From NCBI RefSeq assembly GCF_003428155.1, contig NZ_QLIR01000004.1, positions 94,050 to 126,049 of the forward strand: 32,000 nt of DNA, in the 5' to 3' direction. Source of the stretch: Fastidiosibacter lacustris (lineage in GTDB: Bacteria; Pseudomonadota; Gammaproteobacteria; Francisellales; Francisellaceae). Position 1 is the first letter of the stretch. Every line of letters begins with the position of its first letter. Below the pieces are notes generated by a model. The model saw only the letters and a program-made list of their open reading frames with translations, searched no databases and was not told the origin of the DNA. Positions 10,501-18,057 of the stretch are shown here, piece after piece. Both the position numbers and the translations under genes were made by a program.

Positions 10501-13500
10501 CAACTTTGGATAATGAACAGCAAGCGCTAGAGACAATAGTAGAAGTACTTGTGGATCCAAATCTTAAAGGCAGTGTAGCGATTAGTGGAGATACTGAGGT
10601 TACAGAGAATAACGAAGTGACATTGAGCGCAAGCTATAGTGCCCCGAGTGATTCACCTGTACGTTTACCGAAAGCGGATGGATATAGCTGGACTGTACCA
10701 GCGGGTTGGAGCGTGGTAGGCGCAAGCAATCAAGCGACGCTTACAGTAAAAGCGCCGAACTGGAGTGCGACTCTTACAGCGGGATCGTTTAGTGTGACTG
10801 CGACGGATGATGCGAATATTACAACGGATAGCTCAGTAGCGCATGGTGTAACGGTTAAGCATGATACGAACTTAAAAGGCAGTGTAGCGATTAGTGGAGA
10901 TACTGAGGTTACAGAGAATAACGAAGTGACATTGAGCGCAAGCTATAGTGCCCCGAGTGATTCACCTGCACGTTTACCGAAAGCGGATGGATATAGCTGG
11001 ACTGTACCAGCGGGTTGGAGCGTGGTAGGCGCAAGCAATCAAGCGACGCTTACAGTAAAAGCGCCGAACTGGAGTGCGACTCTTACAGCGGGATCGTTTA
11101 GTGTGACTGCGACGGATGATGCGAATATTACAACGGATAGCTCAGTAGCGCATGGTGTAACGGTTAAGCATGATACGAACTTAAAAGGCAGTGTAGCGAT
11201 TAGTGGCGCGGCTGAGGTGATTGAAAATAACACGGTGACATTAACCGCGAATGTAACAAATCTTCCTGCTGGTAGAGAGATTCAAGTGGATGGATATGAC
11301 TGGAACTTACCAAGTACCTGGAGTGTTGTGGGAGATAAGAATAAAAAGGACATTACTATAAAAGCTCCACGCATGACTTTAGATCAAAATATAAGCAATA
11401 TAAATGTTGTAGTAGACGCAACGGATAATGCAGGTGTAAGAACATCTTTGGCTGTGAAGCGAATGACTATCAAGCCAGATCACAACCTTTTGACGGTAGA
11501 TGCAGGTTTTGGTGATAATGCAATAGAAGGAAGTACGAAGAATTTGGCTGCAACGGTGAGTGGAAGCGGTACTGCGCCGTATAGCTATCTTTGGACAAAC
11601 AATCAAGGTATTACTATTACAAATGCAAATCGAGCGTTCTTTGCGATGTTTACAGTGCCTATCCTTACAGCTCCCAATGAAGACTACACCTTTACGGTGA
11701 CGGTAACAGATGCGGTAGGTAGACAAAAGAGTGCAAATGTAACTTACATAGTAACGCCAGATAACAACCGCTTGCAGGTAAGTGCAGGTACTAATGGTTT
11801 TGTACAGGAAGAAATCGAACAAGCGTTGAGTGCAAGCGCAAGTAATGGTACTGCACCGTATCAATACAAGTGGACGACAACAGATGGGGTTAGCATTACA
11901 AATCAGAACGCCCAAAATGCGACATTTAAGGCACCTACATATAATGCAACTGGTAATAATCGCTACACATTTAATGTGGAAGTGACTGATGGAGTTGGTA
12001 GGAAAAGAACCGCTGTGGTGACTTATGATGTTGAGAAAGTCACAATTAATATCACCAAGGTAGTAGCGCTTCCAAGCGTTATGATGAAGGGTGTTAGCTA
12101 TCCTTTTACTTATGAATTTAAAAATACCTCAAAGGTTGCTATAAAAGGAGTCCACGTAGAGTATGATGGTAGTTCGGGCGCTGTTACTAATACTGTTTCA
12201 CATGGCTGTAGAGGGGAGATGGCTATAGGTGGATATTGTGAAGTAACTGGTGTATTCACACCACGAAATTTACGTACAGCGATGACACGTTTTAGATTGG
12301 GATACAATCAAGGTATGGGTAGAAAGTTTGTTTCTTCACTTGATCTAAGTGCTGTCTACGGTTTAACCACCCCAGTTGCCCCTGTATCAGGCAGTGTCAC
12401 TTCATCCAGTCAGCAATGGCCGGCTAGACGATTTGAAGAGGCGACTAACAGTATTGGTCAAGCTTGTAATGATGCGGTATATGATAAATTAACAGGATTG
12501 ATGTGGAGAAAAGATGGTCGCAATGGCTCGACATCATGGAATGCAACTTGGCCTACTGGGACAAGTGAAGGATCCACGTGTGGTTATACTGACTGGCGTC
12601 AACCTAATCTAAATGAACTGCGTAGTTTGGTGAATTATGGTCATCCAGGAACCCCCGCATCATGGTTAAATGCCAATGGGTTTAATAATATTCAAAGTGA
12701 GTATTGGACAACTACGGAATATGGTCCTGACAATACTAAAGTGTGGTGGATAGATATGACTAACGGTCAATTAAGTGTAGCCGCTAAGAGCAATAGATCT
12801 TATGTGATAGCTGTTCGTGAAGAGCGCCCTCCGGTTACAGTTACGACAGTAACGCCAATTCCAGAGCAAACGGTTGTGGGTGAGAGCTATCCTTTTAGGT
12901 ATGTTGTTACTAACTCTGGTGTATCTTTTGCAGTTGGTGCACCTGTATCAGCTTTAAGTATAACAGGGCAGCATACTGATAATGGGACTGTACAATTAAA
13001 TTCTGGCAATCGAACATGTGAAGATAATATGGTATTAAACTTCAATCAATCTTGTGAGGTAAGTGGTGTATTTACGCCATCCACCCCGGGTGTGCAGAAT
13101 GTCGGCTTTTTAGTAAAATATAATTTAGGTCTAGGTGGTAGGTATAAAAAGACGACTAGTACAGTCACCACGGCTAAATCTAAAACCTCCCCAATTGCGC
13201 CTCAACCAGATGCAGCTACTTTCCCGAATCATCAATGGCCTGAGGGAAGGATTAAATACTTGGGTTTCTGTACTATGATGGGCTCTGGAGGAATCCCTGT
13301 ATATAGATGGTATGATAACTTAACAGGTTTAACGTGGCACGTGAGTTTTAGGTCGATTATGTGGCAGGAGAGCAATAATATTAGTAGTATTAGTACTGAG
13401 AATAATTGTGGTGCGATGACAGGTTTGCGGTTACCTACCGTAAATGAGCTACAAAGTTTAGGGAACTTTGGTTATGCGGGAACTCCTTTTGTATGGTTAA

Positions 13501-13655
13501 CTGATGTCGGGGGCAGTGGTTTGGTTGGGACTTATTGGACAAGTAGCCCTGTTGCGCTCTCAAATACTCATGTGTGGGCAGTTGATATGACGAATGGTAA
13601 AGTAGTTGAGAAGCTAAAAACTGATTCTGCTTACGTGATACTTGTTAAGGCTTAA
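7575..13655 (+). CDS. Very large (2026 aa) surface lipoprotein: N-terminal anchoring domains, propeller-like middle, Ig/PKD-like tandem repeats, two DUF1566/Lcl_C-type domains
   Basis: Lipobox 'VFLLSGCGGSGGGS'; SPD-2/choice-of-anchor-like 'LAAGGSCNLQLKYTP'; repeats 'NLKGSVAISGDTEVTENNEVTLSA...'; two DUF1566-like blocks ('YDKLTGLMWRKDG...CGYTDWRQPNLNELRSLVNYG...YWTTTEYGPDNTKVWWIDMTNG...' and 'YDNLTGLTWHV...GLRLPTVNELQSLGNFG...YWTSSPVALSNTHVWAVDMTNG'). Confidence 0.85.
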   Translation: MEMVIKKYFAYLLGWVFLLSGCGGSGGGSEDVSAIKIKQGIALPDVIKQDSEAIGIVEIGYETNRDQFTIATKSDSQRLMIDKDKIKLEGEGVRIAWDLVNDSSCVNKERQYVERNGSCNLPIQINSQKLGVHSINLQVTTRDGKTAEQSFKIEVVEPFSPKLGSSAMIVNYLDPVLNGIYGHSDRSVLLYNAGNKLNNVRVLDKKTKLVLHRAVELKAGELSKLRFDGQLELPFGLSPSLDIMAANLRENFKVNYLPHDWLATRVNHLAITKPGQSKLAFEVLQPGFEVVEISFDFEGKGVALTDKPFTEDDTLESKLYNFTFSVADDAYGAGDLTVTLRRDGHDVEYKSKVTVQPISLKVEAADEVLREAGQLYTIKVTNQSAFNWSISQDKFELGGLAPHAMWDNTVLDNCRDLSYLAAGGSCNLQLKYTPDVNNLRTGNYALKIKDDIRLPKTQSVDIKVIQGNQKLHVYAPVKLSENDYKLEIFNNDSKNVDVTLIGNNLDFITAQNCGLIKQDDSIKVTVSQTSLCTVELRKSDVNTEATLEYDSENGRGKYYFLQSEQLLYIDGKAVVVYDVNKYGEFIRIDENQYPVKIQKVQDIVAKEDELYIATDVPGVLYRYKDNTITEFIHIPDNSFIQHIEKGAADDVLVAVSFNPFEEQNNFWQINLQTRNVELIASFSGYINRIKGIEANEFHIVGTDLIYNNQTSNILVLKVDKDSSKSGVMIPPLPVIMQSGPIFDVAHTKDTYYAASIFGEHSGLIELPYPLDASNTVKAQTVVMDDTFYKEGGYVSQVDASIEGDAVYAYGWLKDNQYVLMQKKQGQVKPIPLSSYIRYIVPMSDGLYYSATESSGNNHFISRWKNKEEEQKIMSQNFTISTTENVLKLKRHHQEVVSSNAFSVLLPASLEITERKEHLLQAKEFVSRNMDSHAIDYVWSGEVGVFNPDATNQASINLTAPAFNPRENNQYNVKLLATLDNEQQALETIVEVLVDPNLKGSVAISGDTEVTENNEVTLSASYSAPSDSPVRLPKADGYSWTVPAGWSVVGASNQATLTVKAPNWSATLTAGSFSVTATDDANITTDSSVAHGVTVKHDTNLKGSVAISGDTEVTENNEVTLSASYSAPSDSPARLPKADGYSWTVPAGWSVVGASNQATLTVKAPNWSATLTAGSFSVTATDDANITTDSSVAHGVTVKHDTNLKGSVAISGAAEVIENNTVTLTANVTNLPAGREIQVDGYDWNLPSTWSVVGDKNKKDITIKAPRMTLDQNISNINVVVDATDNAGVRTSLAVKRMTIKPDHNLLTVDAGFGDNAIEGSTKNLAATVSGSGTAPYSYLWTNNQGITITNANRAFFAMFTVPILTAPNEDYTFTVTVTDAVGRQKSANVTYIVTPDNNRLQVSAGTNGFVQEEIEQALSASASNGTAPYQYKWTTTDGVSITNQNAQNATFKAPTYNATGNNRYTFNVEVTDGVGRKRTAVVTYDVEKVTINITKVVALPSVMMKGVSYPFTYEFKNTSKVAIKGVHVEYDGSSGAVTNTVSHGCRGEMAIGGYCEVTGVFTPRNLRTAMTRFRLGYNQGMGRKFVSSLDLSAVYGLTTPVAPVSGSVTSSSQQWPARRFEEATNSIGQACNDAVYDKLTGLMWRKDGRNGSTSWNATWPTGTSEGSTCGYTDWRQPNLNELRSLVNYGHPGTPASWLNANGFNNIQSEYWTTTEYGPDNTKVWWIDMTNGQLSVAAKSNRSYVIAVREERPPVTVTTVTPIPEQTVVGESYPFRYVVTNSGVSFAVGAPVSALSITGQHTDNGTVQLNSGNRTCEDNMVLNFNQSCEVSGVFTPSTPGVQNVGFLVKYNLGLGGRYKKTTSTVTTAKSKTSPIAPQPDAATFPNHQWPEGRIKYLGFCTMMGSGGIPVYRWYDNLTGLTWHVSFRSIMWQESNNISSISTENNCGAMTGLRLPTVNELQSLGNFGYAGTPFVWLTDVGGSGLVGTYWTSSPVALSNTHVWAVDMTNGKVVEKLKTDSAYVILVKA
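10571..11188 (+). repeat. 309-bp (103-aa) in-frame tandem repeat, two near-identical units; a third, diverged unit starts at 11189
   Basis: 'cagtgtagcgattagtgg' recurs at 10571, 10880 and 11189 (period exactly 309). Units 1 and 2 show one substitution by eye (cctGTAcgt vs cctGCAcgt; V to A). Confidence 0.95.
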
Positions 13656-13684
13656 TAAAAATTAATAAATGCTAGGAATATAAT

Positions 13685-14251
13685 ATGAAAAACATTCAGC
13701 ATAGAATAATAAAAAAAATTGGCTTGCTTTCAACCCTGCTTATTTTCTTGGGAGTGGCAAGTCAAAGCTTCGCTTATGATGTTGTGATCCAAGCGGATGA
13801 TGCAGCATTTCGCGGTGATGGACAATGGCCAACCCCTAGGTTTGTAGAGGCAATTGGAGCAGATGGTGTGCCTTGCTCTAGTTTACTACGTGATAAATTA
13901 ACGGGTTTGACATGGCGAAAGAATGCTTATGAGGGTCGCACAAATTGGCAGGGTGCAATGAATTTTGCAGCGAACTTTGCAAAGGATCATCCTATTTCTG
14001 CGTGTGGTTATACGGACTGGCGCGTGCCTAATATTAATGAGCTTCGAAGCCTAGTGAATTATGGCGCTCAAGAGCCAAACATATGGTTAAATGCCAATGG
14101 GTTTAATAACTTTCAAGATACTGCTGGTTATTGGACAAGTACGGAATATGGACCTGACAAAGATCAAGCCTGGCTCGTGGATATGGGAGAGGGTGGCACT
14201 TTTTTCGCTCCTAAGCGCAATGGACGAGCTTATGTAGTGATTATTCGTTGA
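13685..14251 (+). CDS. Secreted single-domain DUF1566/Lcl_C-type protein
   Basis: Signal peptide MKNIQHRIIKKIGLLSTLLIFLGVASQSFA; 'LRDKLTGLTWRKNAYEGRTNWQGAMNFA...CGYTDWRVPNINELRSLVNYGA...YWTSTEYGPDKDQAWLVDMGEG'. Confidence 0.85.
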   Translation: MKNIQHRIIKKIGLLSTLLIFLGVASQSFAYDVVIQADDAAFRGDGQWPTPRFVEAIGADGVPCSSLLRDKLTGLTWRKNAYEGRTNWQGAMNFAANFAKDHPISACGYTDWRVPNINELRSLVNYGAQEPNIWLNANGFNNFQDTAGYWTSTEYGPDKDQAWLVDMGEGGTFFAPKRNGRAYVVIIR

Positions 14252-14361
14252 TTAACAACGGTCATTGAGTCATTTGATGATTTATTTTAATTGCTTTGTA
14301 AGTAAAAATTGAAACAGAATAAATAGGTACAAAAATCGATAGAGTTTTTAAGGAATATGCG

Positions 14362-14967
14362 ATGAAAAGCATTCAGCACAAAATAATAAAAAAAATCGGG
14401 ATTGTTATGACCTTGTCCATGACCTTAGGCATTGGTGAGTATAGCTTTGCGGCGGCTATCGTTCAAGATGTCAAGCCAGGTGGTATGGGTTTTGGAGGAT
14501 GGCCAAATCCCAGATTTGAAGATGCAGTTAAGGCAGATAGTACACGTTGTGCTGACGCAAAAATAGATAACTTAACGGGGTTGATGTGGCAACATAATGC
14601 TAGAAATGGTGGACATACTTGGCATCATTTAACGAACGCTGCTACAGGTGCCAAAACATGTGGTTATACTGATTGGCGTTTACCTGACTTAGGTGAAATG
14701 TTAAGTTTAGTGAATTATGGAAGCGCTGGTACACCAAGAGATTGGTTATTGGGTCAAGGATTTTTTTATGACATTCCAGGGGATGCTTATTATTGGACAA
14801 GTACAGCAAATTCGCAAAACAGTAATCAGGCGTGGCTTGTTGATATCATGAATGGCAGTACACGAGTACACAATAAGGGTAGTTATGAAGTCGCTACTTC
14901 TCCAACAACAAGGTACACCTTTGCCTGGTATGTTCGTGGACCCAAGAATCCGCATTTGATTTTGTAA
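14362..14967 (+). CDS. Secreted single-domain DUF1566/Lcl_C-type protein, paralogue of the preceding gene
   Basis: Signal peptide MKSIQHKIIKKIGIVMTLSMTLGIGEYSFA; 'IDNLTGLMWQHNARNGGHTWHHL...CGYTDWRLPDLGEMLSLVNYGSAGTP...YWTSTANSQNSNQAWLVDIMNG'. Confidence 0.85.
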   Translation: MKSIQHKIIKKIGIVMTLSMTLGIGEYSFAAAIVQDVKPGGMGFGGWPNPRFEDAVKADSTRCADAKIDNLTGLMWQHNARNGGHTWHHLTNAATGAKTCGYTDWRLPDLGEMLSLVNYGSAGTPRDWLLGQGFFYDIPGDAYYWTSTANSQNSNQAWLVDIMNGSTRVHNKGSYEVATSPTTRYTFAWYVRGPKNPHLIL

Positions 14968-15165
14968 TTATGTTTATGACGTTTTTTGTATTTAAAGAAG
15001 GGGAATATGATCGATAAATGCACACTAGTGATTTGTTTTGCATACTTTTTACACAACTATAAACATTTAACAGCATTATTTAGCATAAGCCACCTGATTT
15101 ACCTAAAATGAACCGCGTATTTACCGATATTGGTCATTATAGGAACTTTATAAAGGACAGCTGAC

Positions 15166-16266
15166 ATGACAGATAAAATACCAACAGAAATAAATGCTTC
15201 AAAATCTGATATGCTTTCATCAGAAGGCACAATTGATTTATTTCATGACGTTACCAAACTTATTGAAGAAGCTCGTAATCATGTTGCCAGAGAGTATAAT
15301 TCAGCTCAAGTGCTACTTTGCTGGCTGATTGGCGAGCGCATCAATGATCGTTTACTACAGTCCGATCGAGCTGACTATGGTGAAATGGTAGTAAGTTCTT
15401 TAGCCGACCAACTTAAAGTGAAGTATGGTAAAGGTTATAGTCGAGCAAACTTATTTCGTATGATCAAATTTGCTAAGTTATATCCTGATCGCAAGATTGT
15501 CTCAACGCTGTCGCGACAATTATCCTGGTCTCACTTTGTGCTTATTTGCGGTATTGATGATTACTTAAAACGAGACTTTTTTGCTGAAATGTGCCGTGTA
15601 CAGAAATGGAGCGTTCGAGCATTGCAAAAGCAGATTAATGGAATGCTTTATGAGCGTGTTGGTTTAAGCAAGCAACCAGAGGGGGTAATTAAAGCTCAAA
15701 TTAGCCAACTTAAAAATAACGATGAAATGACGCCAGAGATGACATTTAAAGAACCTTACTTTTTGGATTTCATTGGTGCTCATTCTTATGCTTCAGAGCA
15801 AGAACTCGAAGATTTGATTTTGCAAAATATCACTGAATTCCTGCAAGAGATTGGAACTGATTTTTGCTTTGTTTCTAGACAAAAACGTATGAGTACTGGC
15901 AAAAAGGATCGGTATCTGGATTTATTATTTTTTAATCGTCGACTGCGCCGCCTTATTGCCATCGATCTTAAACTCGGTGATTTTGATCCAGCTTATAAAG
16001 GGCAGATGGAATGGTATTTGAACTGGCTGGATAAAAATGAACGTCTTGACTACGAAGAAAAGCCTATGGGCATTATTTTATGTGCAGGCAAAGATCATGA
16101 TGATATTGAATATCTTGAAATGGATAAAACCGGCATTCATGTTGCTCAATACCTAACAGAATTACCACCTAAAGAAATCTTAGAAGAGAGTCTACGCAAA
16201 GCGATTTCAACCGCAAGAGAAACCCATATTAAGCGTCTATTACTAGAGGATAGGCGTGATGATTAA
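15166..16266 (+). CDS. YhcG/DUF1016-family PDDEXK nuclease domain protein
   Basis: N-terminal 'ARNHVAREYNSAQVLLCWLIGERINDRLLQ...KYGKGYSRANLFRMIKFAKLYPD'; C-terminal 'FLDFIGAHSYASEQELEDLILQNITEFLQEIGTDFCFVSRQKRM...YLDLLFFNRRLRRLIAIDLKLGDFDPAYKGQMEWYLNWLD'. Confidence 0.92.
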   Translation: MTDKIPTEINASKSDMLSSEGTIDLFHDVTKLIEEARNHVAREYNSAQVLLCWLIGERINDRLLQSDRADYGEMVVSSLADQLKVKYGKGYSRANLFRMIKFAKLYPDRKIVSTLSRQLSWSHFVLICGIDDYLKRDFFAEMCRVQKWSVRALQKQINGMLYERVGLSKQPEGVIKAQISQLKNNDEMTPEMTFKEPYFLDFIGAHSYASEQELEDLILQNITEFLQEIGTDFCFVSRQKRMSTGKKDRYLDLLFFNRRLRRLIAIDLKLGDFDPAYKGQMEWYLNWLDKNERLDYEEKPMGIILCAGKDHDDIEYLEMDKTGIHVAQYLTELPPKEILEESLRKAISTARETHIKRLLLEDRRDD

Positions 16267-16275
16267 ATTAAACTC

Positions 16276-16368
16276 TTACCTTAGTGTGTAATAAGTCTCA
16301 AATTCTTGACTATCCATTTTCTCCTCAATATGAGAATTAATGCTTTGACCAATGTATTTATTGCTCAT
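16276..16368 (-). other. Short ORF (30 aa, MSNKYIGQSINSHIEEKMDSQEFETYYTLR) with strong SD; candidate truncated antitoxin N-terminus
   Basis: Minus strand reads GGAGGTTTTAA-ATG. The opening residues resemble small XRE antitoxins that start M.NK.IG..FDDFL.EE. Confidence 0.3.
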
Positions 16369-16553
16369 TTAAAACCTCCATCATACGTTTCTCGCTGATT
16401 CCACGATCATTGTTTTTTGTATTTTGAGTTGGGTAGGGATTATTGCTTCAGCGAGTGTTTAACACATCCTGTATTACTTCCTCTGCACCGAGTCTAACCC
16501 TTTAAGCAGCGATGATTCAGATAGAGAGTTTACTATTGTTAGATTAAGGGGTA

Positions 16554-16922
16554 TTACGACAATATTACCTTAGAAATTTTGAGGATCTCATCAAGGCATG
16601 TTTTGGGGCACGTTTCTATTTTTTCAGCATTTCTTGATTTAAAATCCATTGAGCGAATCTGAAATGTTAAAATACTGCCTTTTGTTTTACATTTTCCGGG
16701 AAGTGTAACTTCAAATTTATTGCTCCGTTGCACACTTGTAATTGGAGCAACAAAGGTAAACCCCGTGTGATCGTTAAAAACAGCTTTTGTTAAAACAAGT
16801 GCTGGTCTGCGTTTCATTATTTCACGACCAAGGCTTGGATCAAAATCAAGCCAGATAATATCTCCTTGGTCTGGAATATATTTTTTCAAATCTCTTTTCC
16901 TTTTGGCTTGGCTTGAACCCAC
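16554..16922 (-). CDS. MazF/PemK-family endoribonuclease toxin
   Basis: 'GDIIWLDFDPSLGREIMKRRPALVLTKAVFNDHTGFTFVAPITS...FEVTLPG...GSILTFQIRSMDFKSRNAEKI' typical of the PemK/MazF fold. Confidence 0.88.
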   Translation of the reverse strand: MGSSQAKRKRDLKKYIPDQGDIIWLDFDPSLGREIMKRRPALVLTKAVFNDHTGFTFVAPITSVQRSNKFEVTLPGKCKTKGSILTFQIRSMDFKSRNAEKIETCPKTCLDEILKISKVILS

Positions 16923-17140
16923 TCTTTATCTTCGTCAAGAAGCTTAAAACTATCTTTTGGGCTTTCAGCAAGCATTTTTTCTAGACTTAATTCTTCTTTT
17001 TTAGGTATCAAAATGATTTTATTATCTTCAACATGGATATCAAGCTTATCACCCGTATGCAAGTTGAGAATTTGAAGTATTTTTTTAGGGATGCTCACAA
17101 TACTCGCACCACCTGATTGTCTAAGTGATAGTGATGACAT
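16886..17140 (-). CDS. MazE/AbrB-family antitoxin
   Basis: 'MSSLSLRQSGGASIVSIPKKILQILNLHTGDKLDIHVEDNKIILIPKK' SpoVT/AbrB fold; overlaps the toxin start by 37 bp. Confidence 0.88.
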   Translation of the reverse strand: MSSLSLRQSGGASIVSIPKKILQILNLHTGDKLDIHVEDNKIILIPKKEELSLEKMLAESPKDSFKLLDEDKEWVQAKPKGKEI

Positions 17141-17164
17141 TGTATTTATTCTCCAAGTTTTTTT

Positions 17165-17182
17165 GTTATATAAAAGTATAAC
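17165..17182. promoter_or_regulatory. Candidate MazE/MazEF operator (GTTATA-taaaag-TATAAC)
   Basis: Perfect 6-bp inverted repeat 25 bp upstream of the mazE-like start. MazE-type proteins usually autorepress from such sites. Confidence 0.3.
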
Positions 17183-17358
17183 TCAGATTCATACTACTTT
17201 CATTCGTTATTTTATAAAACACTGCCGACATTGTTTGAATATCCAATGCGATAAGTTTAGAATAAGCCGCAGGAAAAAAAGCTACGTTAAGCTACTAGGC
17301 GCGTGTAAACGGTATCCTAAACAATAGATGCGACATAGTGGCAATAAAGGTCTCTAAT

Positions 17359-18033
17359 ATGAATATTGAGCTTGCAAAAGAAAACATGATAAAACAGCAA
17401 ATCCGTCCCTTGGGTGTGCCATATGGGGATTTATTGAGCACAATTATCGATACGCCAAGAGAAATATTTGTACCAAAAAGTTTTAAAGAATTGGCTTATT
17501 CTGAGGTCGAAATTTTGCTTAATCACGGTCAAAAAGAGCTTACGCCTCAAACGGTAATTAAGATGTTGCAACAACTTGCCCCTAAAAGGCATGAAAGGGC
17601 TTTGGAACTAGGTTGTGGTTGTGGCTATTTAACCGCTTTATTGGCTAAACTCACTAAGCTTATCGATGTGGTAAGTGAACACGAAGATATGTTAAATCAC
17701 GTTAAAAATGCTTTAAAGACGATTGGGGTATACAATGCAAAATATCACCTTGGTGTGACAAAAGATGCTAAAACATTGACTGAACTTGTTGGATTGGATG
17801 TAAAATTTGATGTTATAGTGGTGCATAAATATCTTACTGTATCGCCTGAGAATTATCTAAAATACTTAGCAGGAAATGGGCGAATGCTATACTTTTTAGC
17901 CAAAGGTGGCTATGCTAAGGCGGTTTTGATTCATAAAAACGTAGATGGTTCATATCATCAAACATCAACGTTTGATGTTTATGAAAATGTAGATAAGAAA
18001 ATGCAAGCAAAAAAAGCAGTATTTAAATTTTAA
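17359..18033 (+). CDS. pcm: Protein-L-isoaspartate O-methyltransferase family protein
   Basis: 'MIKQQIRPLGVPYGDLLSTIIDTPREIFVPKSFKELAYSE...LTPQTVIKMLQQLAPKRHERALELGCGCGYLTALLA'. Located upstream of tolC. Start at ATG 17359 with AAAGG 8 bp upstream rather than the GTG at 17338. Confidence 0.75.
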   Translation: MNIELAKENMIKQQIRPLGVPYGDLLSTIIDTPREIFVPKSFKELAYSEVEILLNHGQKELTPQTVIKMLQQLAPKRHERALELGCGCGYLTALLAKLTKLIDVVSEHEDMLNHVKNALKTIGVYNAKYHLGVTKDAKTLTELVGLDVKFDVIVVHKYLTVSPENYLKYLAGNGRMLYFLAKGGYAKAVLIHKNVDGSYHQTSTFDVYENVDKKMQAKKAVFKF

Positions 18034-18057
18034 TAATGGATCACGATAGGTTAGCGG

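Noticed and set aside
10571-11188. Tandem repeats considered as CRISPR or intergenic satellite
   Set aside because: Period is 309 bp, in-frame within one ORF, without short palindromic repeats or unique spacers; it encodes repeated protein domains.
11379-11915. 178-aa minus-strand ORF inside the giant lipoprotein gene
   Set aside because: Antisense shadow ORF rich in Cys/Ser/Tyr, opposite a strongly supported coding frame.
12411-14967. Possible diversity-generating retroelement target cluster, because DUF1566-like domains may share C-type-lectin-like folds
   Set aside because: No reverse transcriptase ORF, accessory gene or template/variable repeat pair with adenine-biased differences could be seen in the window.
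17091-17327. 78-aa plus-strand ORF overlapping the mazE-like 5' end
   Set aside because: Antisense to a well-supported antitoxin start and its promoter; composition (Ile/Cys/His/Tyr-rich) typical of non-coding frames.
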